From the NCBI GenBank assembly GCA_964615185.1, contig CAZTOS010000047.1:1-19065 (forward strand): a stretch of 19,065 bases of DNA. Reading direction: 5' to 3'. The notes under the pieces are model-generated. The model searched no databases and had not been told where the DNA came from. It saw only the letters and a program-made list of their open reading frames with translations. Every line of letters starts with the position of its first letter. The stretch's first letter is position 1. Both the position numbers and the translations under genes were made by a program. Shown piece by piece: positions 17,595-19,065 of the stretch. Source of the DNA: an uncultured Thermococci archaeon. Its GTDB lineage: Archaea; Methanobacteriota_B; Thermococci; Thermococcales; Thermococcaceae.

Positions 17595-18944
17595 CTAAGC
17601 CCCCTTTATCGCCCTCTCCACTAATTCTTTCGCTTTCTTCATCAGCTCCTCCGCTTTCTCTTTTGTGCGGGCTTCAAGTGTAATCCTCATTATCGGCTCT
17701 GTTCCGCTTGGCCTAAAGAGAATCCACCAGTCAGAGTTCTCAATCCTCACTCCATCAATGTCAATTAACCTCTCATATTCAAAACTCTTCAGAGCTTCTC
17801 TTTCAATTATCTCCATGGCTTTTCTCTTTTTCTCATTTGGACATGGTATCTTTGCCCTCATTGTGACATATCTTGGCACTTCCTTAGCCAATTCGCTCAA
17901 AGGCCCTAATTTGTCAATCATCTCAATGACAAGCGCACCGGCAAAGATTCCATCTGGAGTGAGGTTCCACTGGGGCATTATCCAAGTTCCACTTGGCTCA
18001 CCGCCAAAGACTGCATTTTCCCTAACTATGCCTTCCGCAACAGCAACGTCTCCAACTTTGACCCTAACAACTTCTCCCCCCAAGGGCTTAACGTAATCAT
18101 CTAAAGCAAAGCCAGCATCAACAGTCGTAATTATCTTTCCTTTTCCAAACTTCCTCAGCATATAGCCTGAGATTAAGCTTAGCATAACTTCATATTTAAC
18201 AAAGTTGCCCTGATCATCAACGACGCCAATTCTATCGGCATCTCCATCATGGGCAATGCCGACATCAGCTTTCATAACTTTCACAGTTTTGGCAAGCCAC
18301 TCAAGGCTTTTCGCATTCGGCTCCAGCTCGCGGACAAAGTATCCGGAAGGATGGGCATTGAGGCTTATAACTTTGTTGCCCAGCTCCCTCTGAAGATATG
18401 GGCTAACGAGAGAACTTGCACCGTTTCCAGTATCAACAACAACAGTGTAGGAATTTTCAAGATTAATCAGATTCAAAATCCTCTTGATGTATTCTTCTTT
18501 CGGATCTGCATAGCTCAGCTTTCCAATTTCATTCCAAGCAACTTTCCTAAAGCTTTCACTCTCAAGGATTTTCTCAAGCTCATTCTCCATTTCACTTGTG
18601 TATGCCATTCCATTGGGCTGCCAGACCTTGATTCCATTGTATTCTGGGGGATTGTGTGAGGCCGTGATTGTTACTCCAGCATCCGCTTCGTAAAGCTTTA
18701 TCGCAAAACCCGTCAAGGGAGTAGGAGAGAGACCAATATCAATGACATCAATGCCCGTACTTAAGAGCCCAGAAATTAGCGCATTCTTGAGCATCTCTCC
18801 AGAAGTTCTGGTGTCCATACCAACAACAACTTTTCCTCCGCCGAGATAAGTTCCCAAAGCCTTTCCAACTTTTAAAGCAAGCTCTGGAGTCAGTTTTTCA
18901 TTGACCACTTCTCTAATCCCGCTTGTTCCGAAGTATTTTCCCAT
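17595..18944 (-). CDS. glmM: Phosphohexomutase, archaeal phosphoglucosamine mutase (GlmM) type
   Basis: FGTSGIR, TASHNP (phosphoserine), DGDADR (metal), GGEPSG and RPSGTEP. AGGTGAT RBS before ATG 18944. Exact substrate (GlcN/Man/Glc) uncertain. Confidence 0.85.
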   Translation of the reverse strand: MGKYFGTSGIREVVNEKLTPELALKVGKALGTYLGGGKVVVGMDTRTSGEMLKNALISGLLSTGIDVIDIGLSPTPLTGFAIKLYEADAGVTITASHNPPEYNGIKVWQPNGMAYTSEMENELEKILESESFRKVAWNEIGKLSYADPKEEYIKRILNLINLENSYTVVVDTGNGASSLVSPYLQRELGNKVISLNAHPSGYFVRELEPNAKSLEWLAKTVKVMKADVGIAHDGDADRIGVVDDQGNFVKYEVMLSLISGYMLRKFGKGKIITTVDAGFALDDYVKPLGGEVVRVKVGDVAVAEGIVRENAVFGGEPSGTWIMPQWNLTPDGIFAGALVIEMIDKLGPLSELAKEVPRYVTMRAKIPCPNEKKRKAMEIIEREALKSFEYERLIDIDGVRIENSDWWILFRPSGTEPIMRITLEARTKEKAEELMKKAKELVERAIKGA

Positions 18945-19065
18945 CTCAATCACCTGATGAACATGCTTACAATTACAAAAAGTCACAAAAGTTTATAAAT
19001 AAAACGGATTACCGACATTGGAGCATTAAGTTTTCTGCATTTTGATCACCTGAATAAGGTTTAAC

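Noticed and set aside
17665..18659. Plus-strand ORFs of 143 and 136 aa
   Set aside because: Antisense shadows of glmM.

Overview
Archaeal chromosomal window, almost certainly Thermococcales (GGTGA-type RBSs, BRE/TATA promoters, DUF835, ATPase-DUF234, ThiR-type regulator). Core genes: YgjP-like metalloprotein, PhnP-like MBL hydrolase, yjbQ/vanZ-like/thiR, pyrBI, ECF S component, sufS and glmM. Accessory or decaying DNA lies at both ends. At the left are unannotated ArsR and thioredoxin remnants behind an ArsB/NhaD-type permease. At the right are a flavodoxin pseudogene and an AT-rich DUF6236-like gene split by two mutually compensating poly-T frameshifts, with a perfect palindrome over its promoter. 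The most interesting intact items are (i) an NMP/dephospho-CoA-kinase-like domain fused in frame to a DUF523/TudS-like [4Fe-4S] desulfidase, downstream of sufS and two odd genes, and (ii) a tandem pair of exported D-glucuronyl C5-epimerase-like proteins. No rRNA, tRNA, CRISPR array or IS element was recognised. All family calls come from motif recognition by eye, not database searches.
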